From Hyphochytrium catenoides (taxonomy: Eukaryota > Protista > Hyphochytriomycota), in the NCBI GenBank assembly GCA_900088475.1, contig FLMG01004374.1, positions 168,452 to 232,451 of the forward strand: 64,000 nt of DNA, read 5' to 3'. Below are positions 62,942 through 64,000 of the stretch, in pieces. A program made the translations under genes and the position numbers. The notes beneath the pieces are model-generated. The model did no database searches. It had not been told where the DNA came from and was given only the letters and a program-made list of their open reading frames with translations. Each line of letters begins with the position of its first letter. Position 1 is the first letter of the stretch.

Positions 62942-63644
62942 AATGTAGGTCTTCTTGTCTTCCAGAGATGAGGTAGCTGAAGAATTACTGCGTCGTTCGG
63001 AACGAAAGGGCGCAGTTTAATGGAAGACGTGACGACATATGGCCGGCCGCTGCTGTGGGGTGTGCTTGGCCAAGCAATCCTGGTTGTGGCGTGTTCTCCT
63101 GCAGCATCAAAGAGGAGAGGATGAGCTTGAGCCCGCTGCCCAGAAGTGCGATAAAGGGTACGAAGCAAGGGCTAGCCTGCTCGCCGCCCAGTGCAAGCTC
63201 TTATAAATGACAATGCTGGGCGGACAGTAAAGGCTGCGGGTCACGGTCTGAGTATGGTCTCACCAGACAGAGCACGAGCATACCCTTAGCTCAAGCTTGT
63301 GACGTGCGATGTATAGATACCAGGATCATGGAGCTTTGCAGCCCGACTGTGACGCTAGAGGCCTGGTAGACCTTTAGTGGAAAGGTGATGGCGCTGGCCG
63401 GCCTTACACTTGCCTCTGAGAACAGAGAGGGCAGTAACCACCGCTATACAGTTCTTATGAGTAATAAGAGAGAGGGAGTTTCTGGTACTCCGCTCCGCCT
63501 AACTTTCAAAGGGTAATTTGGGGGCCCTGTCCAAGCAAGTGATGGCAGCTCCTGGGGTGACTGTGAAATGGATGATGCTGATTGGTGGAAGTCAATCGCA
63601 AACCTGGAAAAAAACCAGTTTCGGGCTTTGGCGGTGGCGCTGGC

Positions 63645-64000
63645 TCCCTCCCTCAGCCCCCCTCCCCCTTCCTTCTTTATAATAAGGCGAAAGCACCAAC
63701 TGAACTAGTCCCCAAAATGTCAGAATGTAAATTTCCAGGAGCATTAACACGGGCGTTTTCGTCTATGTGTAGGAGTCCCAGGGCGCGCCAAATCACGCCC
63801 TTTTCGCCTTGCAGGGTAACCCATCCTGGGCCACCTCGAGCACTATACCCGTCATAGTTAATACCTTCGAAACGCAGACTCTGTCTGTTCCGGGGACTAA
63901 AATCATTTATAGTGCTGGCGCCTTTATAACCTCCTTCACTCCAGGAGCAGGAGTGTCTCGAGGTGAAGTGACGGTTCTCTTTTGCCATCATCCATCGCCA
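63645..64000 (-). mobile_element. Possible 3' end of a decayed chromovirus-type LTR retroelement (chromodomain-like fragment plus polypurine tract)
   Basis: The ORF fragment FEGINYDGYSARGGPGWV weakly resembles the chromodomain W.GY..TW pattern. It is followed directly by the purine tract aaagaaggaaggggagggggg. Confidence 0.25.

Noticed and set aside
1-64000. Alternative genetic code, non-canonical introns or introner repeats
   Set aside because: Conserved genes (CBF5, NRAMP, PP2C, MsrA, NDOR1) reconstruct with the standard code and GT-AG introns, and I saw no sequence similarity among introns.

Overview
Gene-dense, intron-rich eukaryotic DNA of about 49-50% GC. Introns are short GT-AG with CTAAC/CTGAC branch points, and there is no sign of a non-standard genetic code. 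Gene content (WRKY19-type CX4C..CX2HG zinc fingers, a COPI-associated protein, calcyphosin- and IQ-type ciliary proteins) suggests a flagellated protist, probably a stramenopile; this is inference. About 20 gene models were reconstructed by hand: a triple telobox-Myb protein with a C-terminal histone H1/H5-like domain, a membrane protein with a WW domain, an N-myristoylation-motif globin, an intronless 7TM-like protein, an NWE-motif/calcyphosin fusion, a membrane-anchored PP2C, a CENP-K-like protein, a TPR/IQ/LRR protein, a COPI-associated protein, NRAMP, a class IV aminotransferase, a glycosyltransferase, dyskerin/CBF5, MsrA, a WRKY19-like zinc finger, Nup88, p24/GOLD, NDOR1, a pfkB/MAK32-like kinase and an ABHD6-like hydrolase. 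Between genes lie heavily decayed retroelement relics (about 6-9.1 kb, 46.3-47.4 kb and 63.6-64 kb), a tRNA-like Pol III remnant, GA microsatellites and two N gaps. The most notable item is the 3x telobox-Myb + H1/5 protein, in which all three Myb repeats carry an intron at the identical codon. I see no prokaryote-style novel system. All family calls come from motif recognition, not database searches.
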